From the NCBI GenBank assembly GCA_014803575.1, contig JAAVBO010000022.1:4138-68137 (forward strand): DNA of 64,000 nucleotides. The letters run 5' to 3'. This DNA comes from a bacterium. Its GTDB lineage: Bacteria > Pseudomonadota > Alphaproteobacteria > Rs-D84 > CACZYB01. Position numbers and translations under genes: made by a program. Below the pieces are notes generated by a model. The model was given only the letters and a program-made list of their open reading frames with translations. It did no database searches and had not been told where the DNA came from. Positions 1 to 10,912 of this stretch are shown piece by piece (position 1 is the first letter of the stretch; every line of letters starts with the position of its first letter).

Positions 1-1106
1 TTCATATTTTCGTACCACATTTTGCTTAGTTCCGATTTTACGGTTTCAAATGCCTTTGGTCGTGGTTCAAATACTTTTTCAACAAATATTAACATTACAT
101 TGTCGCCGTTATCAAGAACATCGCTTATGCCGTTTTCATCAAGTGCGAAGAAAGCAATGTCGCGATATTTTTGTGTGAAAGTTTTATCTTTGAAAAGATT
201 TCCATCTCGTTTTTTACCATCAACATTTAAGTCTGGAAGGTCGACTTTTTTTACATTGAAAGTTTTTGCAGTTTCGGTTATGTTTGCACCACCGTTTACT
301 TCATCTATGATATTTTCACCTATTTCAATCATAGTTTTATAGATTGCATCAGTGTCTTCTTTTTTTATGTTTTTGTATTTCAAAGCATCGTTTGCGCTTA
401 TAGTAATATAAGAAATTTTTCTGTATTCCGGTTGTGAAAATTTTGCAAGATTTAATTGGTAAAGTTCCTTTAATTCCTCTTCCTTTGGAGTAGAGGTGAT
501 TTTTTCGTTTGCGACTTTGAAACTTACAACATCGATAATTCTTTCTTCATTTTTTTGTTTGTAAAGGATTTCGGCAGTGTTGGTTGGGTCAATGTTGCTT
601 ACTATTGCATTTACCAAAATTTCTCTTGCAATAGAGTTTGCAATTTCATCTACGAAATTTTTTTCTGATACATTATTTGCCTCTAAAATATAAGCAAATT
701 TTTCCGGTGAGAAATTGCCCTTTTCATCCTGAAATTCCTTTGTGTTTTGAATGATTTCATAGATTTTTTCATCCGTTACGTAAATGCCTTGATTTTTTGC
801 TTCTGCATCAAGCAAAAGTCTGTAAATCATATTATTTATTACCTGATCAAGTAAACCCATTTGCACGGCTTGTTTATAATTAAAGTTGATATTGCCACCC
901 ATTGCGGATTGCATTTGTGCGATTTGTCTTTTGAATTCGTCTTCTAATTCCACAGAAGAGATATTTTTGCCTGCGACCTTTAATGCCACATCAGAGCCGG
1001 CCATATTTTGCCCGCTTATTCCCCAGAAGACGAAGCTGGCACCTATTATAAATAATAAAATTCTACTTACCCAGGTTTCAGAAGCATTTTGTAATTTTTT
1101 AAGCAT
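1..1106 (-). CDS. PpiD-like periplasmic chaperone (peptidyl-prolyl isomerase D family), N-terminal part; runs off window start
   Basis: Own minus-strand translation from ATG ~1106: MLKKLQNASETWVSRILLFIIGASFVFWGISG... N-terminal TM anchor then SurA/PpiD-like chaperone region; the + strand ORFs 22..342 and 886..1161 are antisense artefacts. Confidence 0.55.
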   Translation of the reverse strand, partial: MLKKLQNASETWVSRILLFIIGASFVFWGISGQNMAGSDVALKVAGKNISSVELEDEFKRQIAQMQSAMGGNINFNYKQAVQMGLLDQVINNMIYRLLLDAEAKNQGIYVTDEKIYEIIQNTKEFQDEKGNFSPEKFAYILEANNVSEKNFVDEIANSIAREILVNAIVSNIDPTNTAEILYKQKNEERIIDVVSFKVANEKITSTPKEEELKELYQLNLAKFSQPEYRKISYITISANDALKYKNIKKEDTDAIYKTMIEIGENIIDEVNGGANITETAKTFNVKKVDLPDLNVDGKKRDGNLFKDKTFTQKYRDIAFFALDENGISDVLDNGDNVMLIFVEKVFEPRPKAFETVKSELSKMWYENM

Positions 1107-1221
1107 TTTATATTCCTTTCGTAAAAATTTTTTTCACTTTTATATAGAAATAACAAAATAAATGTGTTAAAACAAGAAAAATATTAAATAATTTTTAAAT
1201 ATAAACAAAAAGGAGTAAAAA

Positions 1222-1980
1222 ATGGCTTTTTCAAAGAAAAAAATTATTGCCGGTAATTGGAAAATGAACGGTCTTAAACAGGACGGTTGGCAACTTACAA
1301 ACGATTTATTGAATAAATTTGAAAGTCCGGATGCAAATTTGGGGTTTGAAATGATTATTTGTCCGCCCGCAACTTTGCTTTCCGAAATTACCGCTATGGT
1401 GGAAGGTTCCCCAATTCAAACAGGTGCACAAAATTGTTCCGATAAATTAAATGGTGCTTATACCGGTGAAATTTCGCCTGTGATGATAAAGGATTCTGGT
1501 GCAAAGTTTGTAATACTCGGTCATTCCGAAAGAAGAAGTTATTATGGTGAAACAAGTGCTGTTGTGGCAGAGAAGGCCAAGGTTGCATTAGAGCAATCTT
1601 TGACACCGATTATTTGTGTAGGTGAATCTTTGGAGCAAAAAGAGTCCGGTGTTGCGGGTGCTGTTATAGAAGAGCAATTTTTAACTTCTGTTCCTGAAAA
1701 TGCGACTGTTGATAATATAATAATTGCATACGAGCCGGTTTGGGCAATCGGAACAGGAAGAGTTGCAACACTTCAAGATATTATTGATATACATTCAAAG
1801 ATTCGTGAAGTTGCAGAGAAAAAACTTGGTTCAAAGGATATTACAATCCTTTATGGTGGAAGCGTAAAACCATCAAATGCTAAGGAAGTTTTCTCTACCG
1901 AAGAGGTAAATGGTGTTCTTGTCGGTGGAGCTTCACTTAAAGCTGATGATTTTTGGAGTATTGCGGAAGCAAGTGTTTAA
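1222..1980 (+). CDS. tpiA: triose-phosphate isomerase
   Basis: IIAGNWKMNG..., ...GHSERR..., AYEPVWAIGTG, YGGSV motifs; RBS aaaggag upstream. Confidence 0.95.
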   Translation: MAFSKKKIIAGNWKMNGLKQDGWQLTNDLLNKFESPDANLGFEMIICPPATLLSEITAMVEGSPIQTGAQNCSDKLNGAYTGEISPVMIKDSGAKFVILGHSERRSYYGETSAVVAEKAKVALEQSLTPIICVGESLEQKESGVAGAVIEEQFLTSVPENATVDNIIIAYEPVWAIGTGRVATLQDIIDIHSKIREVAEKKLGSKDITILYGGSVKPSNAKEVFSTEEVNGVLVGGASLKADDFWSIAEASV

Positions 1981-2003
1981 TTTTATGATAAATATAAGAA
2001 AAG

Positions 2004-2028
2004 TCCTTCCAACCGGAGGGGCTTTTTA
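2004..2028. terminator. bidirectional Rho-independent terminator between tpiA and ankyrin gene
   Basis: ccttcc-aacc-ggaggg hairpin then T-run. Confidence 0.5.
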
Positions 2029-2032
2029 TATT

Positions 2033-2545
2033 TTATCTTGATTTTTCATTTATATTATTTAGTTGAATTTCTCTTTCTTTATTAATATTTATAGCAGTTT
2101 CTAATTTATTAATGATTTCAGCTATTTTAGGTTTTAATTCATCATGCTTGGTAAATGTATATTGTATTTTTGCAAGTTTAAGAGGAGCAATATTGTATTT
2201 ATTTTCTAAGTGTAAATCTGCATTATTTTTAATAAGGAAATCGACCATTTCTACATTTGTATTGATTGTTGCAATGAATAAAGGGGTTTCATTGAAAATA
2301 GTCAGAGAATTTATATCAACTCCCTCATTTAACAATTCTTTTGCTATTTCCGTATTATTGTGAAAGGCTGCATAATGAAGGTAAGTCCAATCAAGCGAAT
2401 CTTGTTCTTTACGGATTCCTTTTTCTTTTATTAAAGATTTGAAAGTTTCAATATCGTTGTATTGTATGCAATTTAGTGTAGATAAATTTTGTTCTTTTAT
2501 TTCATTGTTTAATGATTCTTTAGAATCTAAATCAATAATATTCAT
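2033..2545 (-). CDS. ankyrin-repeat protein
   Basis: Repeated ankyrin-like units (TYLHYAAFHNNTEIAKELLNEGVDIN..., TPLFIATINTNVEMVDFLIKNNADL). Confidence 0.8.
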   Translation of the reverse strand: MNIIDLDSKESLNNEIKEQNLSTLNCIQYNDIETFKSLIKEKGIRKEQDSLDWTYLHYAAFHNNTEIAKELLNEGVDINSLTIFNETPLFIATINTNVEMVDFLIKNNADLHLENKYNIAPLKLAKIQYTFTKHDELKPKIAEIINKLETAININKEREIQLNNINEKSR

Positions 2546-2722
2546 AGTAGTTTACCTCATATTTTTTAGACACTTGTAGCGTGTCTTTTTTTTAATTCTA
2601 TATCCATTATAAACAAAAAAAAATATAAGTCAAGAATAAAATAAAAAAGTGTGTAAAATGTTAATTTTTATTTGGAAAATAGCAAAAAATAATGTATAAT
2701 AAATTTTAAATAGGAGAGAAAT

Positions 2723-3475
2723 ATGAAAAAATATTTTATAAATTTTGTATTGATATGTTCTTGTTTGTTTCCAATAAGCAATGTAAATGCCGGTATTTGG
2801 GATTTATGGGCTGATGAAGATGAAGAAGCAAATATGAATGTCGGTTCCGGCAAAAGTTCTTATAATACTACTAAAACAGTGAATAACCAGCCTGCGACTT
2901 TGCAAACTTCTTTACGACAAACAACTGCCGTTCAGCCTACAAATGTTGTTATTCAACAACCAAGGTATGATGATACGGTCAATGTTGCTACTTATTCGAA
3001 TCCTATGCAGGGAAATAATGTTGTGATGAGGAATTCTTTGACAAGAGACAATAATGATAATTATAATATTATTGATTACGATACTATACAAGCAGAGCGT
3101 AATATAAAAGATGTTGAAGTTTTAAATTCCATTGATAAATGGCAACTTGGCTCAAAAAATGTGTATTGGGAAAATTATCGCGGAAATAATGTAAGAATTG
3201 AAGTTTTAAGAAATAATCGTGATTTGAAAGAAATGCGTCTTAAATTTGTTCAATCACAGGATATTATTTCTGATCCTGATGGCTCTATATCAGATATGCT
3301 TAACAAAGTTGCAGAGCAAGTAATGAAAAGAACTTGCGGTAAAAAGGCAAAACAATCAATTATCCTTTATGAACGTCCATCAATAGAATTGTTGAAAGAG
3401 ACTTCATACGATAATTATAAAATAGTTGCAAGAGGAACTTCTTTAAAAGAATATGGATTTAGATGTATTTATTAA
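2723..3475 (+). CDS. secreted hypothetical protein (signal peptide)
   Basis: N-terminal MKKYFINFVLICSCLFPISNVNA signal; RBS aggagag; no recognisable domain. Confidence 0.5.
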   Translation: MKKYFINFVLICSCLFPISNVNAGIWDLWADEDEEANMNVGSGKSSYNTTKTVNNQPATLQTSLRQTTAVQPTNVVIQQPRYDDTVNVATYSNPMQGNNVVMRNSLTRDNNDNYNIIDYDTIQAERNIKDVEVLNSIDKWQLGSKNVYWENYRGNNVRIEVLRNNRDLKEMRLKFVQSQDIISDPDGSISDMLNKVAEQVMKRTCGKKAKQSIILYERPSIELLKETSYDNYKIVARGTSLKEYGFRCIY

Positions 3476-3551
3476 AAATAAAAAAAATACTTGCATTTTC
3501 TTTTATTATATAGTTTAATATACTCTATCTTTTGAAGATAGTCCTTTAAGT

Positions 3552-3629
3552 GGGGGTGTAGCTCAGCTGGTTTAGAGCGCTTGCCTGTCACGCAAGAGGT
3601 CGAGGGTTCGAGCCCCTTCACTCCCGCCA
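3552..3629 (+). tRNA. tRNA-Asp (GTC)
   Basis: Cloverleaf folded by hand: acceptor gggggtg/cactccc, anticodon loop cuGUCac, T-loop ttcgagc, encoded CCA. Confidence 0.85.
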
Positions 3630-3658
3630 CTTAAAATATTATAGCTTAAAGGTAAAAA

Positions 3659-4639
3659 GTGAAAAAATCTAATTCGAAAAATAATATATCTTCTATCTTA
3701 AAGGTTTTAGGCATTACACCGCAAATAATAGTAATTTTTTTACTTATCACTCTTCTTATTGGTATTACAATAGGTTTAATTGTAAAAAGGCAGAATAGTG
3801 TGGAGCGAAAAAAAATTGTGGTTGAAAAGCCTGTGTCAGTTTCTTCTGAGGCGGAGATTGATTCGACTCCGTCGGATATAAAAGAGGATAACAATGAAAG
3901 CTTAATGAATATTCAAAAGGACAGTCCTTTTGAAAAGTATGCTTTATTAAGTGAAAAAACGGATAAGCCCGTAATTGCTCTTATTATTGATGATATGGGG
4001 GTTGATATGATAAGGACTAACAGAATCCTTAAATTCAATTATCCATTTACGGTTTCTTATTTAACTTATGCTCCGAATCTTCAATCTCAAATAAATTATG
4101 CTACAAAAACCGGACACGAGATACTTTTACATATTCCTATGCAGGCGTTAAATGATAATTATGATTATGGCGGGGAATATCTTTCTACCAATAATGGAAA
4201 GGCAAAAAATCTTGAAATTCTGACTTCTCAGCTTGATAAGGCCAGTGGTTATATTGGTGTGAATAATCATATGGGTAGCAGGTTTACATCGGATGAAGCT
4301 CAGATGAAAACCGTGATTGAGGAATTGGAAAAACGGGGGCTTGCATTTATTGATTCTAAGACTACATCTCTTTCAAAGGCGGATAATGTTGCTTATAATG
4401 CAAAAATTCCTTATGCAACGCGGGATATTTTCCTTGATGACAGTAATAGATTTGAGGATATAAGGAAGAGTTTGGCTCAGCTTGAAAATATTGCAAAAAA
4501 GCGAGGATTTGCTGTTGCAATAGGGCATCCCAGACCAAATACAATAAAGATGTTAAAGGAATGGTTTCCTTCTCTTCGTGCTAAGGGAATTGAACTTGTT
4601 CCTATATCATATATAATTAAAAATTATCCTAAATTTTAA
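3659..4639 (+). CDS. divergent polysaccharide deacetylase family protein (YibQ-like), GTG start
   Basis: N-terminal TM, conserved ALIIDDMG..., HIPMQ, NNHMGSRFT, GHPRPNTI motifs typical of the divergent polysaccharide deacetylase family. Confidence 0.65.
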   Translation: MKKSNSKNNISSILKVLGITPQIIVIFLLITLLIGITIGLIVKRQNSVERKKIVVEKPVSVSSEAEIDSTPSDIKEDNNESLMNIQKDSPFEKYALLSEKTDKPVIALIIDDMGVDMIRTNRILKFNYPFTVSYLTYAPNLQSQINYATKTGHEILLHIPMQALNDNYDYGGEYLSTNNGKAKNLEILTSQLDKASGYIGVNNHMGSRFTSDEAQMKTVIEELEKRGLAFIDSKTTSLSKADNVAYNAKIPYATRDIFLDDSNRFEDIRKSLAQLENIAKKRGFAVAIGHPRPNTIKMLKEWFPSLRAKGIELVPISYIIKNYPKF

Positions 4640-4705
4640 GATTTTGTTCTTCTGGTTAATCTCTTGAAATTATGCTATTCTTTTCTTATATGACAGGAGG
4701 AAAAA

Positions 4706-5311
4706 ATGGCAAATATTTTACTGGTTTACGGACATCCGAAAACACCAAAAAGTTTTAATTTTGATTTAAAGGAAAGATTGGTTGCGACATTGAAAAATTA
4801 TGGGCATAATGTTCTTGTTCGTGATTTATATGAAATAAGTTTTAATCCTTTGTTGTCGTCAAAGGATTTGGAGTTGATACATAATAAGCAAATTCCGGAT
4901 GATATTAAAAAAGAGCAAGATTTTATCCGCAATGCTGATGTGATAATTTTCATATATCCTATTTGGTGGGCGGGACAACCTGCTATTATTAAGGGTTATA
5001 TAGACAGAGTTTTTAGTTATGGTTTTGCATATATGTATAAGGGAGGTAAGGTGGTAGGTCTTCTTCCTGATAAAAAAGCAATTATTATAAATTCCAACGG
5101 TAATTCAACTGAGCTTTATGAACGTGAGGGTTTTTATGATGCGATGCGTTTAGTTGTGGATAAGGGAATTTTCGCGTTTTGTGGTTTTTCAAAGGTGAAG
5201 CATTTGTTTTATGGAAGTCAGTCGACAAAGACAGATGATGAGAAAAACAAAGATATAAATAATGCGATAGATGAAACGATAATTGAAATAGAAGCAACTG
5301 ATAAAAACTAA
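4706..5311 (+). CDS. flavodoxin-like fold NAD(P)H dehydrogenase (quinone) family protein
   Basis: MANILLVYGHPKTPKSFN..., IFIYPIWWAGQPAIIKGYIDRVF motif of the NQO1/MdaB-like flavodoxin fold. Confidence 0.65.
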   Translation: MANILLVYGHPKTPKSFNFDLKERLVATLKNYGHNVLVRDLYEISFNPLLSSKDLELIHNKQIPDDIKKEQDFIRNADVIIFIYPIWWAGQPAIIKGYIDRVFSYGFAYMYKGGKVVGLLPDKKAIIINSNGNSTELYEREGFYDAMRLVVDKGIFAFCGFSKVKHLFYGSQSTKTDDEKNKDINNAIDETIIEIEATDKN

Positions 5312-5316
5312 AAAAA

Positions 5317-5342
5317 GCCCCGTGATTGGGGCTTTGATTTTT
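5317..5342. terminator. bidirectional terminator (convergent genes)
   Basis: gccccgtgattggggc hairpin + T-run. Confidence 0.6.
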
Positions 5343-6750
5343 AATAGCCGGTTTTGATTTGTTCCACCAATTCCTTAACCGTCGGAATAAATGTTCCGTT
5401 TTTATAAAACGGGTCTGTTTTGAAACGATGAACAATTTGTCCTGCAAATAAAAGATTTCCTTCTACATCATCAGTATGAGAAATATTTTGTAATGATTTT
5501 TGAATACAAAAACTTCTTGGATCTGGTTGAATTACAACATTTTCTCTTTGTGTCCAGCCGGAGAACATACAGTTTGAAAGACAACCAACACAATTTTTCA
5601 TATCATCCATTATGGATTCATATTTTTCCTTTGATACGAAAATTAATGTGTTTGAAGGGGTTTTTAAAATGTAATCATAACCTGCATTTATAAACTGTGT
5701 AAATTTTTCCTTGTCATTTTCATTGATGAAAACAGTTTTTTTGTTTGCCGTTAATTCCACAGGAATGTTGAATTCTATATTTTCCTCATTATTTTCAACA
5801 TAGGAAATTTGACGGGTAAGTTGAGCTTCCAAATCCTTTAAAAATTCATTTTCAACTGCAGAGGAATAAAGTCCGGTAGGGCTGAAAGTTTGAAGTTTCA
5901 CACCGCCCTTATCTATGTTTAAAAGTTTGTGTTTTACACTGTCCTTTAATGGACTTTCCATTGTGACCATAGGGCGAGTTCCAAATTGAAATGCCACGGG
6001 TCCTATTTCATCATTATTAATATAGTCAAGCCATTCGGAAAGCCACCAAATACCGCCTGCAATTATTATAGGAACGGTTTTAAGACCGACTTCGTTCATA
6101 AACTTTCTTATTTCAATTAATCTTGCCATAGGTTTTTCCGGAGCAAAGGGATTATCGGAATTTGAAAGTCCGTTATGTCCGCCGGCAAGCCATGGGTCCT
6201 CATAAATAACGGCTCCAATCCATTCCTTGAAACGATAGTAAGAACGTTTCCAAAGAAGTTGTAAAACCCTTGCAGAAGATATAATAGGGTTAAAGAAAAC
6301 TTTATTTGCAGCACAAATATCGGCAAGTTTGAAAGGCATTCCTGCACCGCAAGAAATTGCCTTTATTGTGCCCTTTGCTTTTTCAAGAACATTTGAAAGA
6401 AGTTCCTGAGAACCGCCTTGTTCCCAAAGAATATTCATAAATACAAGTCCGTTTCCGCGTGATTCTTCGTGTGCAATAGAAGCTTGGTCAAGGCAACCTT
6501 TTATCCCGTATTCAATAAGTTCCTTTTGCTTTTCCTTACGATTTTTTCCTTTGAATAAAGGTTTTAAGAAATGTCCATTTTCATCATAGAAGTCAGGATT
6601 TACACCGGAAAAAGTTCCGGCACCGCCACAATTTGCCCATCTTCCGGATGTAAGTCCGGTCGATACATTTATACCCTTTCCACCCTCTATTAACGGTAAA
6701 ATTTCTTTGCCTGCAATACAAACGCTATTTAGAATCATTTTTCTTTCCAA
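5341..6750 (-). CDS. nitronate monooxygenase (NMO/2-nitropropane dioxygenase) family flavoprotein
   Basis: TIM-barrel FMN oxidoreductase motifs (PIIIAGGIWW..., GTRPMVTMESP); long 469 aa form. Confidence 0.6.
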   Translation of the reverse strand: MERKMILNSVCIAGKEILPLIEGGKGINVSTGLTSGRWANCGGAGTFSGVNPDFYDENGHFLKPLFKGKNRKEKQKELIEYGIKGCLDQASIAHEESRGNGLVFMNILWEQGGSQELLSNVLEKAKGTIKAISCGAGMPFKLADICAANKVFFNPIISSARVLQLLWKRSYYRFKEWIGAVIYEDPWLAGGHNGLSNSDNPFAPEKPMARLIEIRKFMNEVGLKTVPIIIAGGIWWLSEWLDYINNDEIGPVAFQFGTRPMVTMESPLKDSVKHKLLNIDKGGVKLQTFSPTGLYSSAVENEFLKDLEAQLTRQISYVENNEENIEFNIPVELTANKKTVFINENDKEKFTQFINAGYDYILKTPSNTLIFVSKEKYESIMDDMKNCVGCLSNCMFSGWTQRENVVIQPDPRSFCIQKSLQNISHTDDVEGNLLFAGQIVHRFKTDPFYKNGTFIPTVKELVEQIKTGY

Positions 6751-6886
6751 TACTTTTTATTTAATTTTAATTCTGTTATGTTAGCAAATAGTTATTCCAA
6801 AGTCAAAAAAAATAATTGGTAAGTTGCAAAATAAATTAATTATGATTATTATTAAATAAAAACAGAAAAAGGAAATAGGAATAAAT

Positions 6887-8368
6887 ATGATTTTTAATGA
6901 GATTTTACAGGCAAATGTTTTGCAAATAATGAATATAGCGTCCGTGATATTTGCATTTGAATTTATTGTTTTGTTGGCGATTCTTTTTTTTAAAAGGGTT
7001 AAGAATAAGAAATTATTTAAAAATGTTACGGAAAATTTGCGATATGAAATTACGGAAATTTTCAGTGTGTTTTTTTCGGGAGTATCAATTTCTGTATTAT
7101 ATATTCTTTATACTAATTATTTTGATAATTTAGATGTGATTCTTTCGTCTTTGTTAATAATAGCAGTTTTGATTTTGATAAATATAGTTTTAAAAATTAT
7201 AAATATGCTTGCAAGATATAATAAGGAATTTACCGAATTTTTATTTACTACTTTATTGAAAGGTATAGATGGAGTTTTTTTAGTAATAATTTTAACACAG
7301 ACTTGTGCTATATTAGCATCTCTTATTCCCATAGTTGATATAACAAGATTTTTTGGAACGGGTATAAAAAGGGCAACGCTTATAAACTTTCCATTTTTTA
7401 TAATGGTGTTGAATTTGCTTGTTTCAAATATAGGGTTGATTTTGCAATATTTTATAAGAAAGTTAGATGTCAAAGTTCGTCAATATATAAATGAATTTTT
7501 TGAAATATTCAGCTTTGTCGTTGTTGTCTTTTGGACCACGTTTTGTTTTTCAATAAGTTATAATATATTCTTGATTTTTATGGTTGGTATAATAGGAAGT
7601 TATATAATTATAAAATTATCTACTTATTTAAAAAATATAAAAATGAAAAATATAAATAAGTTATCAGATAATTTTAAATTACTTTATCCTATTTCCAATG
7701 CTGTTGCATCGACATTTTTAAGTGGTGTTGTTATGTGTTTGATGATATTTATTTCTCTCAGATTCGGAAATTTTTACGGAATTGCCGTTGCCGCACTTTC
7801 AATGATAAGTTTTCATTTTCTCAGTTATACAACAAATGTAATTTATAAAAATTCGGAAAGTTATAGGTATGTTGCAAAAACACTTAATAACTTGGTTTTA
7901 TTTTATGTTTTCTTTGAAACTTTGGAATTTGTTGTGAAAAAGCAGATAAGCATAAATATTTTTTCAGACAGTGTTATAATAGGTTTATTTTTAAGTATTA
8001 TTTTGGTGGTATTTAATCTTTTAAAAATAGTAAATCTTGCAAAATATGCGGAGATGAAAACCAAAAGAGTGTATTTGTTTTTAAGAAGTGCTTTGTATAT
8101 AGCATTGTTTTGTGTATGTTTTTATTTCTTATTTCCATATATAAATTATGAAATTTTGGCGTCTTTTGTATTTGGTTTAATAGTTCTTACTTCCTTTATA
8201 TCTTTAATTTGTATGAATGTTTCTGATATAATAGATAGTCTTTTCGGTTCAAAATTAAAAATTTGTGATGTTACGAAAAATACATTTATTCCTATTTTGA
8301 ATCAGATTACAACATTACTTATAATAATAACTATTTTATTATTGCCTATAATAAAAATAAGAATGTAA
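6887..8368 (+). CDS. polytopic membrane protein, hypothetical
   Basis: ~12 hydrophobic segments, no recognisable motif. Confidence 0.45.
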   Translation: MIFNEILQANVLQIMNIASVIFAFEFIVLLAILFFKRVKNKKLFKNVTENLRYEITEIFSVFFSGVSISVLYILYTNYFDNLDVILSSLLIIAVLILINIVLKIINMLARYNKEFTEFLFTTLLKGIDGVFLVIILTQTCAILASLIPIVDITRFFGTGIKRATLINFPFFIMVLNLLVSNIGLILQYFIRKLDVKVRQYINEFFEIFSFVVVVFWTTFCFSISYNIFLIFMVGIIGSYIIIKLSTYLKNIKMKNINKLSDNFKLLYPISNAVASTFLSGVVMCLMIFISLRFGNFYGIAVAALSMISFHFLSYTTNVIYKNSESYRYVAKTLNNLVLFYVFFETLEFVVKKQISINIFSDSVIIGLFLSIILVVFNLLKIVNLAKYAEMKTKRVYLFLRSALYIALFCVCFYFLFPYINYEILASFVFGLIVLTSFISLICMNVSDIIDSLFGSKLKICDVTKNTFIPILNQITTLLIIITILLLPIIKIRM

Positions 8369-8400
8369 AATGATGGTTAATAAAACTAAGGAGGTAAAAA

Positions 8401-9180
8401 ATGACAGTAACTATTTATAATGCTGCTGGTTTAATTGGCACAACTTATTCCGGACAAATGGCAAAATTTCAACAGTTTGATACAGTAAGACGCTTTTTTA
8501 ATCATAAATTGAAACATACTTTCGGAGTATCTTCGCTTATTCTTGATATTATGCTAAGTGAAAAAAGCATTGCTTCGTATATTACGGATGATGTTAAAAA
8601 GATGGTTGATATATCTGCAATACTTCACGATATAGGAAGGTTTTATCAATTTGATGAAAATGGCGAATTTATTCCAAACCATATTTTTCATCATGGGCAA
8701 AAGTCAGTTGATTTAATAAAGGATATGCCGGAGTTTAATAATCCTATGATACTTTTTGCAATAATTTCACACGATAATATTGCAATAGATTATACTTCTG
8801 AATATTATACGAATCTTTCTGATAATGATAAAAAAATTGCTGATATTATGGCAAAGCTTCTTCGTGATGCTGATAAACTTGAAAATATGCGAAATTTTGT
8901 TGTTAACGGAGCTCCTAAGTATAAAATATTAAAAACAGAACCTTTATCAGAAGATGTGAAACATTTTATAAGAAATAAAACTTTGGTGGACAGAAGGTTT
9001 GTAAAAACAAGTGCGGATATGATTGCAGATTTAATCCTTTGGGTAAACGATATAAACTTTAATGCAACAAAAGATATTATAAAAAGAATAAACTATTTAG
9101 AAGTTTCAATAAATGAATTTTCAAAATGTGGAGCAAGCAAAGAAGATGTGGAACTTGTTCGTGAAATGGTGACAATATAA
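8401..9180 (+). CDS. HD-domain phosphohydrolase
   Basis: LHDIGR...H...D HD motif; RBS aaggagg. Confidence 0.6.
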   Translation: MTVTIYNAAGLIGTTYSGQMAKFQQFDTVRRFFNHKLKHTFGVSSLILDIMLSEKSIASYITDDVKKMVDISAILHDIGRFYQFDENGEFIPNHIFHHGQKSVDLIKDMPEFNNPMILFAIISHDNIAIDYTSEYYTNLSDNDKKIADIMAKLLRDADKLENMRNFVVNGAPKYKILKTEPLSEDVKHFIRNKTLVDRRFVKTSADMIADLILWVNDINFNATKDIIKRINYLEVSINEFSKCGASKEDVELVREMVTI

Positions 9181-9866
9181 TGACTGACATAAAGCAGAAG
9201 ACATTTTTTGGACGTCGCCGTGGTAAGGGAATGAGCAAGGCAAAGGATGATTTAATTGCAACCCAAATGCCAAGGTATGAAATAAAACTTCCCAAAATCG
9301 GGAAAATAGATTTGAAATCTCTTTTTGATTTTAAACCGAAAAAATTTATTTTTGAAATTGGTTATGGGGATGGGGAACATCTTGTTCAAATGGCACTTTT
9401 GAATCCGGATGTTGCATTTATCGGAACGGAAGTTTTTGTGAACGGAAATGCCTCTGTTTTAAAAAAGATAATTGAAAATAATATAAAAAATATCAGGATT
9501 TTTCCTGATGATGTTAATTTATTATTTCCATATTTGGAGGAAGGTGTTTTTTCAAGGATTTTTGTTTTGTATCCTGATCCATGGCCGAAAAACAGAACTG
9601 AAAACAGGCGTATGATAAATAAAAATAATTTGCATATTTTTTATAATATTTTAGAGCCAGCCGGAAATTTGTTTGTGGCAAGTGATCATCCTGTATATAT
9701 TCCATGGACTTTGTTTTGTATAAATGAAACAAAATTATTTTTGTGGGATGCAAAAAAATCCGCTGATTTTGTAAATGCTCCATCAGATTGGATTACCACA
9801 AAATATGAACAAAAAGCACTTGCTGAAGGGCGAAAACCTATATACCTTTCATTTACAAAAAAATAA
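9180..9866 (+). CDS. trmB: tRNA (guanine46-N7)-methyltransferase
   Basis: EIGYGDGEH, LYPDPWPK motifs; ATG overlaps upstream stop (TAATG). Confidence 0.85.
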   Translation: MTDIKQKTFFGRRRGKGMSKAKDDLIATQMPRYEIKLPKIGKIDLKSLFDFKPKKFIFEIGYGDGEHLVQMALLNPDVAFIGTEVFVNGNASVLKKIIENNIKNIRIFPDDVNLLFPYLEEGVFSRIFVLYPDPWPKNRTENRRMINKNNLHIFYNILEPAGNLFVASDHPVYIPWTLFCINETKLFLWDAKKSADFVNAPSDWITTKYEQKALAEGRKPIYLSFTKK

Positions 9867-9951
9867 AAATTAAAATTTTGAAGAAAACTGTTGAAAATAA
9901 ATTAGGAATTGAGGTATTATAGATTATAATATAATTTTATGAGGGTTTAAA

Positions 9952-10899
9952 ATGAAATTAAAAATCAAAAATTGTTTATCTCTACCAATAATTATGCTTT
10001 TGGGTGTTGTTGGTTGTACTTCGTCTGATATAAATAATAATATTCCGGTTAATTCAAATGAACTTATTGATACAAATGTTATGTATAAAAGTGAAACCGT
10101 GAAGGTAGAAGTGGAAAATGCTCCCGTACATTCTTTGGATAAAAAAATTGAAGAGCATAATGAGGAAGATAAAAGCGATAATACAGTTAGAATAATTATT
10201 GCAGAGGAAGATGTTGAAACTTCTAAGACCGAGGAAAGTAGTTCAGAGAAACTTGATGATATGAAAGTGATTACTCCTCCTCCTGCAAATGAAGATGAGA
10301 CAGTTTCTTTTGTAAAATACTCTTATCAAGATGAAGATGCTTATATGCCAAATAGAGTTGAATCTGATTTTGACAAGGCTGTAAGGGAAGCGGAAGAAAA
10401 ACGCGGTATTAAATCCGAACCGAAACCTATGGCAGTTAGACCTTCACAAAAAAGACGTTTTTCCAATGTAAGCGAAGCGAAAAGTCATAAAAAGGAAACT
10501 GTGAAAAAGTTTAATTTGAAGGAAGTGGAAGCTCCTAAAAATATTACATTTTTAAGTGCAATTATTTATCATTCTAATGGAAGAGCCGATATTTCTTCTG
10601 CTGATATGAAAGCTATTAAATCTGTTGCTGATTTTGTAAATAAGAATAATGCAACACTTCGTATTATCGGAAACTCTTCAAGTCGTTCGAAAAATATGAA
10701 GGAAATTCAAAATAAATTAACGAATTTTGATTTGTCAATCCTTCGTGCCGAAAGGGTTCGTGATGCGTTAATTAAAAATGGCGTTTCTGCGGATAAAATA
10801 TTTATTGATGGCGTGGCTGATACTGAAAAGGTTGTTGAAGAAAATATGCCGATTAACGAAGCAATAAACAGAAGAACAGAAATTTATATAAATTATTAG
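9952..10899 (+). CDS. OmpA-family lipoprotein (C-terminal OmpA domain)
   Basis: Lipobox LLGVVGCTS; C-terminal ...LSILRAERVRDAL...NRRTEIYI OmpA-like motif. Confidence 0.7.
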   Translation: MKLKIKNCLSLPIIMLLGVVGCTSSDINNNIPVNSNELIDTNVMYKSETVKVEVENAPVHSLDKKIEEHNEEDKSDNTVRIIIAEEDVETSKTEESSSEKLDDMKVITPPPANEDETVSFVKYSYQDEDAYMPNRVESDFDKAVREAEEKRGIKSEPKPMAVRPSQKRRFSNVSEAKSHKKETVKKFNLKEVEAPKNITFLSAIIYHSNGRADISSADMKAIKSVADFVNKNNATLRIIGNSSSRSKNMKEIQNKLTNFDLSILRAERVRDALIKNGVSADKIFIDGVADTEKVVEENMPINEAINRRTEIYINY

Positions 10900-10912
10900 T
10901 GTTATATTAAAA

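Noticed and set aside
22-1161. ORF-track plus-strand ORFs 22..342 and 886..1161
   Set aside because: Low-complexity translations antisense to a well-formed PpiD-like minus-strand gene with a clear N-terminal TM and RBS.
5085-5447. Various internal antisense ORFs (e.g. 5085..5447, 6117..6347, 11890..12288, 47654..48498, 51633..53663, 57627..59136)
   Set aside because: Each is embedded in, and antisense or out-of-frame to, a strongly supported conserved gene and lacks an RBS.
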